Part shown: positions 1 through 11,859 of the stretch, piece after piece
Layout: each line of letters starts with the position of its first letter
Numbering within the stretch: position 1 is the first letter of the stretch
Notes under the pieces: generated by a model
Database searches by the model: none
What the model saw: the letters and a program-made list of their open reading frames with translations, nothing else
What the model was told of the DNA's origin: nothing
NCBI RefSeq assembly: GCF_032191835.1
Contig: NC_083238.1
Coordinates: 26,102,001 to 26,166,000 of the forward strand
Length of the DNA: 64,000 nucleotides
Source of the DNA: Heteronotia binoei
Lineage: Eukaryota
Reading direction: 5' to 3'
Program-made: the position numbers and the translations under genes

Positions 1-335
1 TTAAGGCAAACATCCCAGGCTTATGGCTACTTCTTTCTCAGCATTAATGACCTTAAATACCATTGGCCCATTTCTGAAGCATGTAGTGAGGAATCATATC
101 CTTTGCAAAAATTTCAGAGGATTTTAAAGCCTGGAAAATTCCCCATCCATATCCCCCAAACACCACAAATGCCTAAAATTGGAATAATCACATAAAGTGG
201 ACAACCTACTCTACATTACTTTATTTAATCACGTCTTGTTTAATGATGATCAATGGGGGTTTTATCCCATACGTTTCCAGGAATCCCAGAGTGGCATATA
301 TGGTTATCTACTCCATGTTATCCTCACAATAACCC

Positions 336-510
336 CAGGGGTTTTTTTGAGCAGGAACACACAAGAACACAGTTCCGGCTGGCTTGGCATCAGGGGTGTG
401 TGGCCTAATATGCAAATACAAAAAGCCCCATGTGAAACAATGGTGATGCCAGAGGTGTAACCTATTATGCAAATGAGTTCCTGCTGGGCCTTTTCTAAAA
501 AAAAGTCCTG
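336..510. mobile_element. Non-autonomous hAT-type MITE, family A (cagggc/ttttt termini, octamer-bearing), inside an old SINE remnant
   Basis: Termini caggggttttttt...aaaaaaaagtcctg. Internal gtgtggcctaatatgcaaat as in the copies at 31055, 38140, 55315 and 62060. Confidence 0.75.
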
Positions 511-843
511 GGCTAAGATAATGTGATTGGCCTAAGGTCACCCTAGGGGGATCCACACATCATTTAGTAATGCACTGTCATAACCTTTCATCTCTTTAGG
601 GAAATGGTGCTTTGCTGTCTACAAGCTATGTTATCTATATATGCATTTGTCACTTTATGTTTCTGCTTTGGTACACTCAAACCAAAACCCTGATTTTTCA
701 AGGGACATGTTCACAAGTACAAAAGCAGGGACATACACCTGTTCCACTATTCATATGAAGTGGTGACCACACATGTAAATCAGATCACGTCACTGTTGTG
801 CAAAAAACATAATGACTTGAAAGGGTGTTTGTTTTAGCACAAT

Positions 844-940
844 GGGTGCATTCCCACAAACTAAATAACACACTTTGCAACTGGATTTTTATGTGTAAAA
901 ATAACAAAATCCACTTGCAAACAGTCCTCGTGTGAAAGCA
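844..940. mobile_element. Short MITE-like repeat (second copy at about 24166-24270)
   Basis: gggtgcattccca...tgtgaaagcatcc inverted ends. Internal ctaaataa..cactttgcaactggatttt..aaaatccacttgc recurs at 24166. Confidence 0.5.
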
Positions 941-1004
941 TCCAATCAGTATGCAACCATGCGTGGATCCACCCTAGGAACGCTTTATTATGCTCTTACT
1001 CTGC

Positions 1005-1520
1005 TATCACATACAAAGCCCTTTATGGCCTTGGTCCCTCATATCTGCAGGACCACTTCTTCCCCCCCTCCGCTCTGCTGTGACAGCTTCGCTCATCTGA
1101 ATCAGCCTTCTGCAGTTGCTATTCTGTGTATGGGCATGAGTGACTGGGGGCTTGTACTTAGGCATCCTTTGTTATCCTGAACAACCTGCCTGATGAGCTC
1201 CCATTCTCTTGGCTTTCCACAAACTATGAAAGACTGCATGAAAGGGCTGTGTGAAAGGATTCAGAAAAATGTTTTGGTAAAGGGATAAGGACTGTGGACT
1301 AGACTACTGTGTTTAGTACATACTTTCTGTTGCTGTAAGTGTGGGTCCTATGTAATTTCTGCACTGTTCATGTGTCATGTTAAGGCTTATGCGCAGTTGC
1401 AGATTTCTGCAAATGAAATCCTTTTGCATTGTTTCTTGGATGTCCCGTCCTGTTGACTACACTGACTTACACTGTATAACCCACCTTGAGTCTCTGTGAT
1501 AATATGTAGCATAATACCCT
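1005..1520 (+). mobile_element. Degenerate L2 LINE 3' fragment
   Basis: Translates approximately ITYKALYGLGPSYLQDH...NNLPDEL, matching the L2 C-terminus seen at 44708 and 45685. Confidence 0.5.
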
Positions 1521-1610
1521 AACACATGAGCCATTTCTACTGGAGTCGCCTTCATCTCGTTTCCATTTAGCGTCAATCTGTTCACTCTTAGACACTTAAC
1601 CATAGACAGG

Positions 1611-1808
1611 TAGTGTTCACTCTAAGCTGAGTTAGTGTGAGCTAACTCACAGTTTTTAAGCCTCCAGCTCGCACATTTTTGTCTTAGCTCAAGAAGGATG
1701 GCCCCAGAGCATAGTAATTTATGCAGGTTAATGTCACAACTTTAATGTCAGTAGCTCATGAAGTAGAATTTTTTGCTCACAAGATTCCACAGCTTAGAGG
1801 AAGCATTG
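1611..1808. mobile_element. MITE with about 19-bp TIRs
   Basis: tagtgttcactctaagctg ... cagcttagaggaagcattg inverted termini. Confidence 0.65.
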
Positions 1809-2480
1809 CTGACAGACACTGACATAGGAGAGAGATGGCTGCTCCTAGATGCTTAGATGCTATCACCATATTTTTGACACCACACTGCAAAGCGACAGAT
1901 TTTATCATCAAGAGGTTTCATATAAGTGATAAATAATATAGGTAACAACACAAATCTCTGGGGGGAAAAACCCCAATGTTGACCCAAGGTTGCTGATTCA
2001 GAAAACTCAGTTATAATTCTCTCTATACAATCAGATAAAAAAGAGAGAACAGAACATTTCAGTAATTCCCACCTAACAACAAAATTTTCCAAACACTCTA
2101 ACAAAAACTGAACAAATTATGTGTCAAAGGCTGCTTGGTAAAGCAAGCAACTCCAGAAGGGAAACATGTCTCTTGTCCACTGGCAAGTGGAGATCATCCA
2201 TCAGAATGGTCAAAGCTATCTCTGTACCACATCGAGCCCTGAAACAAGTTTGCAAAGAGTCAAGGAAAGATGTGACATTCAGTAACCTCTGGAATTGCTC
2301 TTCCACTACCTTCTCCATCACCTTTCCCAAGAAGGCCAAATTGGAAACTGGCCTATAATTCTTATCATCAAATAATGGTATATACAGTAGGTGTAGAGTT
2401 AACAGCCTCTTCCAAAATTCTAGGTAAGACCCCTTTAATCAGAGAGGAATTAATAATTGTTGCCAATAGATCTTTCAATA

Positions 2481-2760
2481 GAGCCAGTTTGGTGTAGTGG
2501 TTAAGTGTGCGGATTCTTATCTGGGAGAACCGGGTTTGATTCCCCACTCCTCCACTTGCACCTGCTGGAATGGCCTTGGGTTAGCCATAGCTATCGCAGG
2601 AGTTGTCCTTGAAAGGGCAGCTGCTGTGAAAGCCCTCTCAGCCCCACCCACCTCACAGGGTGTCTTTTGTGGGGGGAGAAGATATAGGAGATTGTGAGCC
2701 GCTCTGAGTCTCTGATTCAGAGAGAAGGGCGGGGTATAAATCTGCAGTCTTCTTTTTCTT
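2481..2760 (+). mobile_element. tRNA-derived SINE (Squam3-like), full length
   Basis: Head agccagtttggtgtagtggttaag (A box), gggtttgattccc (B box), L2-like 3' end gtgagccgctctgag...gggcggggtataaat, TTC-rich tail. Confidence 0.9.
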
Positions 2761-3765
2761 CAACACATCGCAATACAATTTCACCAACTGGGATGGGAAA
2801 GATCAAGGCAACAGGTAATGGCTCTCAAAACACCCAGGATCTTGTTGACATTGTTTAGGGATGCCAAGCTGAAACCATCCATAATGGTGCTCCAGGCATC
2901 TCTACTAGCTGACGCATACAAAATTGGCACATAAGTCAGAACATATATGAGAAATTTTATCAGCAAGGAATCACACGAAATTTTCACAAATGGGCAAATT
3001 CTTTCTCATTCTGGAACTCCATTCCTGGAGTCAACAACTGCTGAGCTGTCCTTAGTAACAGAGCTGGAGGTGATACGGCTGATACAACTGCAGCAGGAAA
3101 GTCTGTTGTCTTTGCCACTATCACCACCATCTCACACACTTTTTTAATTAACTCCACAATTTGTTAGAATTAGCTCCTCCTCCAACAATGCACCAGGCAT
3201 CTCCACACTATTTTCAGTTCCATGGTAAATCACAGACCCAGGTTCTTTTCACGAGGGCAGAACAGACAGGGAAGGAGCAGCCCTGTCAATTGCCTCAAAG
3301 AGCCTTTTATGCCAGCCCCCCACCCCGAATTTCCACCGAACCACTGAAAGGATTCTCAAAATCCCCAGGCCCTCCTGGAAATTCACTGAAGCCTCTGAGT
3401 GTGGATCATAATCGATTTCCTTCCCTTGAGGGGTAGGGCTGCCACATCTTCATGTGCAAAAACTGGTCTAATGATAGTACCAACTAACTGAATCCAGTGT
3501 TTGACTTTTGTTGTGTGCTGGGCAGAGCCATGGTAACTATGGTAGCTACAAAGTCTAAGCAAAGCCATCCAAGGGAACCTGAACATGGGTAAGGAAGTCT
3601 CCCAGGTTGGTGTGGTGGTTAAATGTGCAGACTCTTATCTGGGAGAATCAGGTTTGATTCCTCACGTCTCCACATGCACCTGCTGATGTAGCCTTGAGTC
3701 AGTCACAAGTGGAGTCAGTCACCTGTCGATGTAGCCTTGAGTCAGTCACAAGTGGAGAGTCAGTT

Positions 3766-4002
3766 TGGTGTAGTGGTTAAGCATGCGGACTCTTATCTGG
3801 GAGAACCGGGTTTGATTTCCCACTCCTCCACATGCACCTGCTGGCATGGCCTTGGGTCAGCCATAGCTCTGGCAGAGGTTGTCCTTGAAAGGGCAGCTGC
3901 TGTGAGAGCCCTCTCCAGCCCCGCCCACCTTACAGGGTGTCTGTTGTGGGGGAGGAAGGTAAAGGAGATTGTGAGCCGCTCTGAGACTTTTCGGAGTGGA
4001 GG
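3766..4002 (+). mobile_element. Young Squam3-like SINE; 3' end runs into an assembly gap
   Basis: Near-identical to the copies at 8194 and 51414. Confidence 0.9.
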
Positions 4003-4142
4003 NNNNNNNNNNNNNNNNNNNNNNNNNNNNNNNNNNNNNNNNNNNNNNNNNNNNNNNNNNNNNNNNNNNNNNNNNNNNNNNNNNNNNNNNNNNNNNNNNN
4101 NNNNNNNNNNNNNNNNNNNNNNNNNNNNNNNNNNNNNNNNNN
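4003..4142. other. Assembly gap (140 N)
   Basis: Run of N. Confidence 1.
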
Positions 4143-5669
4143 TCAAAGAGCAGTTCTGGGTGAGCTCTCTCAGCTCCACCTACCTCACAGGGTGTATGTT
4201 GTGGGGAGGGGGAGGGGAAGGAGATTGTAAACTGCTGTGAGACACCTTTGGGCAACGAAAGGGAGGGTATAAATCCAATCTCTTCCTCTCTTCTTCTTCC
4301 CAGAAAAATCAACCTCAGGCTTTCCAACCCCAGAACAGAGACCACCTCTGCAAGCTCAGACAGGGATCTTGATGATGAGCTCAGAGGACAGTATACCGGT
4401 AGGATACTCAATCTGTCCCTGGAGCCCAGCACAGGAAACATACAATCAACATACTGTCAGCAAAAGAGCAGTGGACTTGTTGGGAGTCCATATTCATTTA
4501 ACAGTGATTGCAGACCAGCAGCCCAAAATTAAGTACACACAGCTTATTGGAAAAAAAACTAGATATAAATCCAAACAAACAGGTACAAAGAGAAATGAAA
4601 TAATGTCTATGAACATAATCTTTCAAAAATATGACATTTTTGGAAAGAAAACATAACAATGAGGGAGAAATGCACAGTTCTAACTGACACAACACAGATT
4701 ATGGTGACCTGCATCTTTGCTGATAACGCACAGATTCCCGTACCCGCCTTTCTGACAGAGAGGTTGAGATCAGTCAGAGATACAACTCCAACCTAGAGGT
4801 ATTTTAAGGAGGATGACAGCGGCTCTGCCTCTGAAGTCCTAAATTCAGCCCAATTGGCCCAAGATAATTCAAGTGCATGAAGACACTCCAGTGTGCAGGC
4901 ACTTTAAGCAGCCAATAATAACAGGGTTTTTAAATATCATTACTAGGACAGGTGGAAACATTACTTAGGATCACCTTGGGTGTGCATTAGCATGACATAC
5001 CTTATATTACAGAGTTTGCAGTACAGAATTTGAATTTCAGTGGTAATCAGCCATGCACAGCTGTCTTTTGCCAGAAAAAGGTAACATTGCTGTATTTGCA
5101 GAGAGAAAATAATGGTCATTGGACACCACAATAAGCAGCTTGCTTAAGGTTCCTAGAACATGTTAATGTCTACTACGTACATAGTGATTGAATCATATTA
5201 TTTTGGTCAAAACATTAATCTGCACCACCATGTGGCATTTTTGATCATATCACAATTTCAGCAACTATGTTTGTAGGGGGAAAAAAAATCACACTGGATG
5301 TAAAGCTCATTTGAATAGAGACAAGAGAATGGTATGAGACAAGTGAATGGTATGAGTTTGTTGGCATGTGTAATATTGACAGCTCTAGGGGCAGGAAACA
5401 GCATCCCTCCATAAAGAAGTCACTGACATGTCACAAAGAAAAACTCCTCCTTGAAGAAGCAGCAAATGCTCAAAACAACATTTTGGCTTTCCAGCGCCTG
5501 AATTGGGGGCTAATATCCCTGTGTATTGCAGACAGAGCTGTTAGTGTTTTACTATGTTTTGCACAATTCTACGTTTATTACATACCTGACAACAACCCAG
5601 CAGTAACCAGCACCCATGAAAGAGTACATACATAACTGACACACACTTTATGTTCTTCTCATCCCTCAG

Positions 5670-5828
5670 CAGGGGTCGTTTTGTAGAAAAATAGATGGTG
5701 GAGTTCATCCAGGGATTGCTATGCAGCTGCACCTACTATTTAATGGACAAGGTGGGAAGGAGGAAGTGGAACTCTGAGAAAGGTTCAGGAGCTCTGCTCC
5801 TGTGAGCTCCCGCTGAGTCCAAGGCCTG
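5670..5828. mobile_element. hAT MITE, family B
   Basis: caggggtcgttttgtagaaaaa...aaggcctg with 8-bp TSD tccctcag/tccctccg. Same family as 55151-55306. Confidence 0.85.
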
Positions 5829-6034
5829 TCCCTCCGTATTATCATTGCTAATGGGAAGAAAGTGAAAACCAGCTCAGTTCCACCTCAGAAGGTCTCGTTT
5901 CTTCATCCCACCAAAAATAGGAGATTCTGAGAGATTGGAGTGGGAAAGTAGCTGAGTTGTCACACATTCTGGCCTCTTCAAACCAACTTGCCCTGCCTCT
6001 TCAAACCAACTCCCCATCTGGAGCTATTTACTTA

Positions 6035-6230
6035 TTGATTTCATTTATACTACACTTTATACCTCAAAAGCGGCTTACAGCATTCTACTCCATTTTATCC
6101 TCACGAGAACCCTGTGAGACTGGTTAGGCTAAGAGCCTATGGTCACCAACCAAGCTTCCAAAGAAGAGTGTGAGTTTGAACCTGAATGCCCAGATCCTAG
6201 TCCAACATTCTAACCACTATGCCATAGTGG
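6035..6230 (-). mobile_element. Old tRNA-derived SINE remnant
   Basis: ccattttatcctcac...gtttgaacctg...tctaaccactatgcca is the reverse complement of a tRNA-type head plus body. Similar remnants at about 255-545, 27090-27705 and 60215-60430. Confidence 0.55.
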
Positions 6231-6290
6231 ATCTAAGTGGTGGTTCCTGGAGGCTTTGGGCAGGGTTTTTTGCATGACTGCAATAAAGGT

Positions 6291-6745
6291 TAGGGTTGCC
6301 AACTCCAGGCTTAGCAATTCCTGGAGATTTAGAGGATGGAAGAAGAAGATATTGGATTTATAGCCCGCCCTCCACTCCGAAGAGTCTCAGAGCGGCTCAC
6401 AATCTCCTTTACCTTCCTCCCCCACAACAAACACCCTGTGAGGTGGGTGGGGCTGGAGAAGGCTCTCACAGCAGCTGCCCTTTCAAGGACAACTTCTGCC
6501 AGAGCTATGGCTGACCCAAGGCCATGCCAGCAGGTGCAAGTGGAGGAGTGGGGAATCAAACCCGGTTCTCCCAGTTAAGAGTCCGCACACTTAACCACTA
6601 CACCAAACTGGCTCTCCTGAGAAGGGCGGGGCTTGGGTAGGGGAGGGACCTCAGCACAGTATAATCTCATCGATCCAACCCTCCAAAGCAGACATTTTCC
6701 TCTAGGGGAACTGATCTTTGTGATCTATCTGAGGCCAATTTCTCT
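6291..6745. mobile_element. tagggttgccaac-type DNA transposon fragment (probably hAT-Blackjack-like), interrupted by a SINE
   Basis: Starts tagggttgccaactccagg...ttcctggagattt, homologous to 23260-23400. Confidence 0.6.
6339..6615 (-). mobile_element. Squam3-like SINE, full length
   Basis: Reverse complement of the 8194 copy: gaagaagaagatattggattt...cacttaaccactacaccaaactggctc. Confidence 0.9.
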
Positions 6746-8193
6746 GGATTGCCCCACTCTTTCCGCTCCCCCTTCCAAGACACTTTCCATGCAGATAACC
6801 TTCTTTAAAGATGAGGGAGGACCCAGTAAATTTGGTATGGAGGGATTTTTCCGCAAGATACCCAGACCTCACACCTTCAAGCCCCTAAATATATAGATGT
6901 ATACATGGGCATTCAACAATCTTAGGAAACTTAGAGATTTACTTAAAGTGGGATTTGCCAAAAGGTGCATGATGTAGGGTGTAGTCAGATGAGCAGGTTG
7001 TTGTGGCAGTATCTCGGGCTTAAATAAGCCACTTGAGTTTGGGAAAGTTTCTGTTGATCAGGCAGTGCCCCCTAAGCTGGCATCATAGTACTGCAGGCCC
7101 ATGACTGGTTGTCTGCATTACTAATACGCCTCTGTGGGGGTGCTGAAGCACATGTCAAAGTTGGGGTTGGGGGAAAAGGATGTGCCAGAAACTGAGTGGA
7201 ACAATTTTTCACTGTGAGCGCAGGAGATCAGAAGGCTGGAAACCTGCCATGGAAGTACTTTGCTGAGGTAGTCACTGGAATTTGCCAGTGGCTATTTAAT
7301 CCATGTGGGAGTTGTTTCAGCATGAAGTAGGAATGAATGGGACACAGGAGCCTGATGTGCACATTAGATTGCACCCATTTGATCTGGAGGGGTGACTATG
7401 TCAGACCAAACTGCTTATGTGATTGCACCCGTAATGTCACTGGGTCCCATCCAGATGGGACATTTCTTAGAATATTACAAATACCACCTTATGTAACTAG
7501 GTAGACATGGGGGTTATGGGGTTTTCAGACAAAGCCCTAACAGTAACTTTATGAATCTTGACCTTTCCTTTATACATGGCACTGATGTAAAATTTAAGTA
7601 TTAGTTCAATTTGTGTCTTCACAAAGTTGAAACTGATTTCTGGTTACTTCTTCCCTCTTCCACCTTCCCAGAGCACAGGGATTTGTCAGATTTTGCTGAT
7701 TATGCAAGCTGCAAGGTGGGACGCTGCCAAGGCTGTGACACTGTTGCTCCCATTGGATGAACCAGTCCCAAATTGCATTTGCCAGAGCTTGGTTACCTGT
7801 TCAGGAATTTGGTTGCAGTTCTTATTTATTTTAGCAGATTTATATTCCACCCTTTCCCATAAGTGGGCTCAGGGCTTTGTCAAGGTGCATGATGTAGGGT
7901 GTAGCTAATGATTACCAGGTTGGGTTCTTACAGTCAATTGTCGGCAGGGGAACTTGAGTTCTACATGTTTTATGGTGAGGTAAAGACAGGCATTAATTCT
8001 GCTCATTGACAGTCTTCTCAGGTGCTGGAGCCTCTGCCAGACTGCTTATTTGGGGGCAGCATTGGGGATCCTGTTCTGTGGTTGTTTGGAATAGTATGCA
8101 GGGTAAAGGATGAAATGAGATCAGCTGTTGTTTCTTTTCTACCAGGAATTAAATGTTGGTCATCATGCATGATCTTAGTCAGTTTGGTGTAGT

Positions 8194-8476
8194 GGAGAGC
8201 CAGTTTGGTGTAGTGGTTAAGTGCGTGGACTCTTATCTGGGAGAACCGGGTTTGATTCCCTGCCCCTCCACTTGCACCTGCTGGAATGGCCTTGGGTCAG
8301 CCATAGCTCCGGCAGAGGTTGTCCTTGAAAGGGCAGCTGTTGGGAGAGCTCTCTCAGCCCCACCCACCTCACAGGGTGTCTGTTGTGGGGGAGGAAGGTA
8401 AAGGAGATTGTGAGCCGCTCTGAGACTCTTCGGAGTGGAGGGCGGGATATAAATCCAATATCTTCTTCTTCTTCTT
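8194..8476 (+). mobile_element. Squam3-like SINE, full length, preceded by a duplicated head
   Basis: Standard head, body and (ttc)n tail. TSD tcttagtca on both sides. Confidence 0.9.
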
Positions 8477-8479
8477 AGT

Positions 8480-8648
8480 CATCCGTTTGCCAGTGTCAGG
8501 CTTGAGCTTTTTAGCTCAGAGAATAAAGCAGCAGGTTTGGACTTCAGCTGGATGATTATTTGTCGGAGATGCTTTCGGCTGATCCTGCATGGGACAGGGG
8601 GTTGAACTAGGTAGTCTGTATGGTCCCTTCCAACCCTATGATTCTATC
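8480..8648 (+). mobile_element. CR1 LINE 3' end
   Basis: cagggggttgaactag...ggtcccttccaaccctatgattctat, a typical CR1 terminal hairpin plus attctat repeat. Confidence 0.7.
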
Positions 8649-8984
8649 TCAGGGATTTTTTTTCCCTCCTTGTGTAAATAAGGAGGTGATGCTAATATTC
8701 AAGGGGGAAGGGGTTCTCTTGTCCACTGTGTACTGTGATCTCTTTTGTTGGCACAAGAGGGTTATCTTCTTTGACTTCTCCTTCCTGCAGACTACCAGCC
8801 CCACCATGAACTGATACTTAAAATCCCAATCTCCAATAGCAATTTTTTGGGGGGAGAACAGACTACAGTGAAGAGATGGGAAAGATCTGTTCTGCAAGCT
8901 TTGTTCCACTTCCCCTCCTTCAGATGTAAACCCAGAGTTGTTAATTAGAAAAGTCAAATATAATGTGTGTGATGTAACGTGTGT

Positions 8985-9136
8985 CAAGTTGGAGCGAAGT
9001 TATGGTAACTCCAACGAGGGGCTTTCAAGGCAAGTAAGAAGCAAAGCTGGTTTGCCATTACGTTCCTCTGCAGAGTCTTCATTGGTGGTCTCCCTTCCAA
9101 GTACTGACCCTGCTTAGCTTCCAAGATTGTGATGAG
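8985..9136 (-). mobile_element. 5S rRNA-derived SINE with BovB/Sauria-type tail; head interrupted by a MITE
   Basis: ggtctcccttccaagtactgaccctgcttagcttccaagat is the reverse complement of the 5S internal promoter region. Confidence 0.65.
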
Positions 9137-9736
9137 TAGGGATGGGCACAAAATGTGAAATGGTGGTTCATCATTCATTTGATTGCACAAACCGGTTCTT
9201 CATTTTGTTTTGTGAATCACATGGTTGCCTGAAATGGTTTGTGATTTGTTGGTTTGAGAGGTGTAAAACTTCAGTCTTCCTCCACCTGCCTTCCAAGTTT
9301 GGCAAAGATTGGATTTGGAATGTCCAAGTCATAGCCTCCCAAAGCAGGTGCCCCCAGGAAAGCTTAGCTTCAGCTCACGACAACTAACTCTTCTCTCTTC
9401 CAGCTGCAAAGTCAAAGCAGTCTGTTCCCATAGAGCAGAATGGGAGCTCTGTGATTGGCTCCCAGAGCTGCCAGTCAAGCTATGGACCACTGTTTTGGAT
9501 GTTTCTAGGGCTCCCAGAAGTCCATCCTAGTGTTACCTAGGAATTGATTGAATCAGCACCATGCTGACTGGGAAAATGAACCACAAAGAGAAACAAAATG
9601 AAGCACCAAGGGGAAAAGGGGGTTCATTTTCCAGTTCGGGCATGGTGCAAGCAAATAATCCAATTTGGAACGAACCACAAATCAGCCCAATTCATGCACA
9701 AATTGTGATTTGTGCATCAGTTTGTGCCCATCCTTA
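9137..9736. mobile_element. hAT non-autonomous element, 600 bp
   Basis: TIR tagggatgggcacaaa / tttgtgcccatcctta (15/16 match). 8-bp TSD gtgatgag/ttgatgag. Confidence 0.85.
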
Positions 9737-10116
9737 TTGATGAGGTTGGACTATACTTTGCCACCTTCCATCCTAGCCAGTCAAATATAATATCAACATC
9801 ATAATACAAACAATAAGAAGCAACGAAGTTTGAAAGCATTCTAAGGAAGAGGCAGTTATAGCAGGAAGGGACAATCACATTTAGGGTGGTATTATAAAAC
9901 AGTAATGAAGCACAAGGTAGCAATGTTGCTGTGCTTTTGAAAAGAACCAGTTTAATACATGCAGCTGCCAGCCATTGATAGTAAACTAAAGTTGAAAAAT
10001 TAAGTGATATAGGTGTGCGTATGAAACTACTCTTTGTTTACTTGATCTATTGGGAACTTTCCCTCCATCTTCCATTATCTATCCTTGAAGTTGAATTTCC
10101 TTCCCTTACACGACCA

Positions 10117-11242
10117 AGGTAGGCAGGTCCTCGGCCATATAAGGCTTTAAAGGTAACGACCAACACTTTGTACTGGACTCGGTATATAATCGGCAGCCAG
10201 TGCAGTTCACGTAGCCTCGGCTGTATATGTTCCCATTTTGGGAGTCCCAACAACAGCCTGGCCGCCGCGTTCTGCACTAGCTGCAGTCTCCGAGTCCGGC
10301 ACAGAGGTAGCCCCAAGTAGAGGGCATTACAGTAGTCTAGTCTTGAGGTGACCATTGCATGGATCACTGTTGCGAGGTCCCGGCGCTTGAGGAAAGGGGC
10401 CAACTGCCTTGCCCGCTTCAGATGGAAGAATGCTGACTTGGCAGTGGCTGCTATCTGGGCCTCCATCGATAGTGAAGGCTCCAGTAAAACACCCAGGCTC
10501 TTTACCTGGCGCGCTGCTTTCAATAGCGCACCGTCGAAGGCCGGGAGAGCTATTTCCCTTCCCAGAGCGCCGCGACCCACGCAAAGGACCTCTGTCTTCG
10601 CTGGGTTCAGCTTCAGCCCACTCAGTCTGAGCCATGTCGCAACAGCCTGTAAGGCCCGGTCGAGATTCCCTGGTGCGGGGTCGGGCCAGCCGTCCATTAG
10701 TAGATAGAGCTGGGTGTCATCTGCATATTGATGGCAACCCAGCCCAAACCACCGGGCAATCTGGGCAAGGGGGTGCATATAGATGTTGAACAACATCGGG
10801 GAGAGGACTGCTCCCTGAGGCACCCCACAATCCAGTGTGCGCTTCCGGGACCGTTCCCCCCAACAGCCACCCTCTGTCCCCGACCCAGGAGGAAGGAGGA
10901 AAGCCATTGCAAGGCCGACCCCTCAACCCCAATGTCGGCGAGGCGGCGCGTCAGTAGCCGATGGTCGACTGTATCAAATGCAGCCGACAGATCTAACAGC
11001 ATCAGCACCGCAACGCCGCCTCGATCCAGTTGCCGTTGGAGGTCATCTACCAAGGCGACCAACACCGTCTCCGTCCCATGGCCCGGCCAGAAGCCAGACT
11101 GACATGGGTCATCCAGAAACCTCTGAAGCTGCAACGCAACGGCCCTCTCAATAATTTTACCTAGAAACGGTAACTTAGACACCGGTCGGTAATTCGCCAA
11201 TTCGGCCGGGTCTGCTGTAACTTTTTTCAGGAGAGGGCGGAC
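10117..11242 (-). mobile_element. L2 LINE reverse-transcriptase region (inverted 5' part of a rearranged insertion), frameshifted
   Basis: VRPLLKK...[13 protein letters not shown]...QSGF...GTET...[13 protein letters not shown], then [17 protein letters not shown]...YADDTQLY...SRLDYCNALY...KALYGRGPAYL. Confidence 0.92.
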
Positions 11243-11555
11243 CAAGAGGCGCCCGTTGTCATTGCAGTTGCCAATGCCGTGTTTGCCAAGTACTCCTTTC
11301 CAGGCTTCCGAGTCTTTACCTACTCTGGCATTGAAGTCGCCAAGGATGATCACCTTGTCCTCTGTAGGGGTCTTCCGTACGAGGTTGTGTAGATCAGCAT
11401 AGAACTTGTTCTTTTCTGCAGGATGATCACCTTGTCCTCTGTAGGGGTCTTCCGTACGAGGTTGTGTAGATCAGCATAGAACTTGTTCTTTTCTGCAGGA
11501 TCTGCTTGAAGGGTTGGGGCATACACACTGAAGAGTGTTGCATGCTGTTTGTTTT
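11243..11555 (-). mobile_element. RTE-clade LINE apurinic-endonuclease fragment
   Basis: KQHATLFSVYAPTLQAD...KNKFYADL...[16 protein letters not shown]...[20 protein letters not shown]. Confidence 0.85.
11344..11497. repeat. Perfect 77-bp tandem duplication within the RTE fragment
   Basis: ggatgatcaccttg...cttttctgca occurs twice, at 11344 and 11421. Confidence 0.95.
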
Positions 11556-11818
11556 TCCGCAGGGCCTGCAAGACCGTCCTTTTTAAGCTCGCACACTCAG
11601 ACTGCTAGGAAGATCAGTAATTAAGGAGCCGCCATTGTGGTTTGAAGATCTATACCACCGAATACTGTATTTATTGAACTGGTTTTTTAATGTTATTAAG
11701 TTTACTGTTGATGTTTATATTGTTAAATTTAAAGGCTTTTATTGTTATTTTATGTTTTTATAAAATGTTGTTAGCCGCCCTGAGCCTGCCGAGGTGGGGA
11801 GGGCGGGATAGAAATAAA

Positions 11819-11859
<41 letters not shown>
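11555..11859 (+). mobile_element. L2 LINE 3' terminus with (tta)n tail
   Basis: RRACKTVLFKLA, AT-rich UTR, then gttagccgccctgagcc...gggagggcgggatagaaat and (tta)n. Confidence 0.9.

Larger units (their letters stand above)
3601..4298 (+). mobile_element. Older Squam3-like SINE (head 3601-3712, body 4143-4298) split by a younger SINE
   Basis: Diverged head ccaggttggtgtggtggttaaatg. The body resumes after the gap with tcaaagagcagttct..., as in the 33290 subfamily. Confidence 0.7.
1840..4960 (-). mobile_element. Old, fragmented L2 LINE ORF2 (endonuclease + RT), interrupted by SINEs
   Basis: Minus-strand pieces in element order: DRLSILPVYCP...LSELAEVVSVLGLESLRLIFLG (APE-like, about 4290-4440); CCLDLSHPSW (about 2790); FLGKVMEKVV...FLDSLQTCFRARCGTEIAL...LLELLAL (2124-2339); LLPILFITYMKPL...CQKYGDSI (decayed YADD, 1853-2104). 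Confidence 0.7.

Noticed and set aside
3737-4441. ORFs spanning N runs (also 25534-25842 and 40930-41434)
   Set aside because: Artefacts of translating through assembly gaps.
10047-11353. 286-aa and 218-aa ORFs as a functional gene or active LINE
   Set aside because: L2/RTE fragments with a frameshift, a 77-bp duplication and truncation. No full ORF2.
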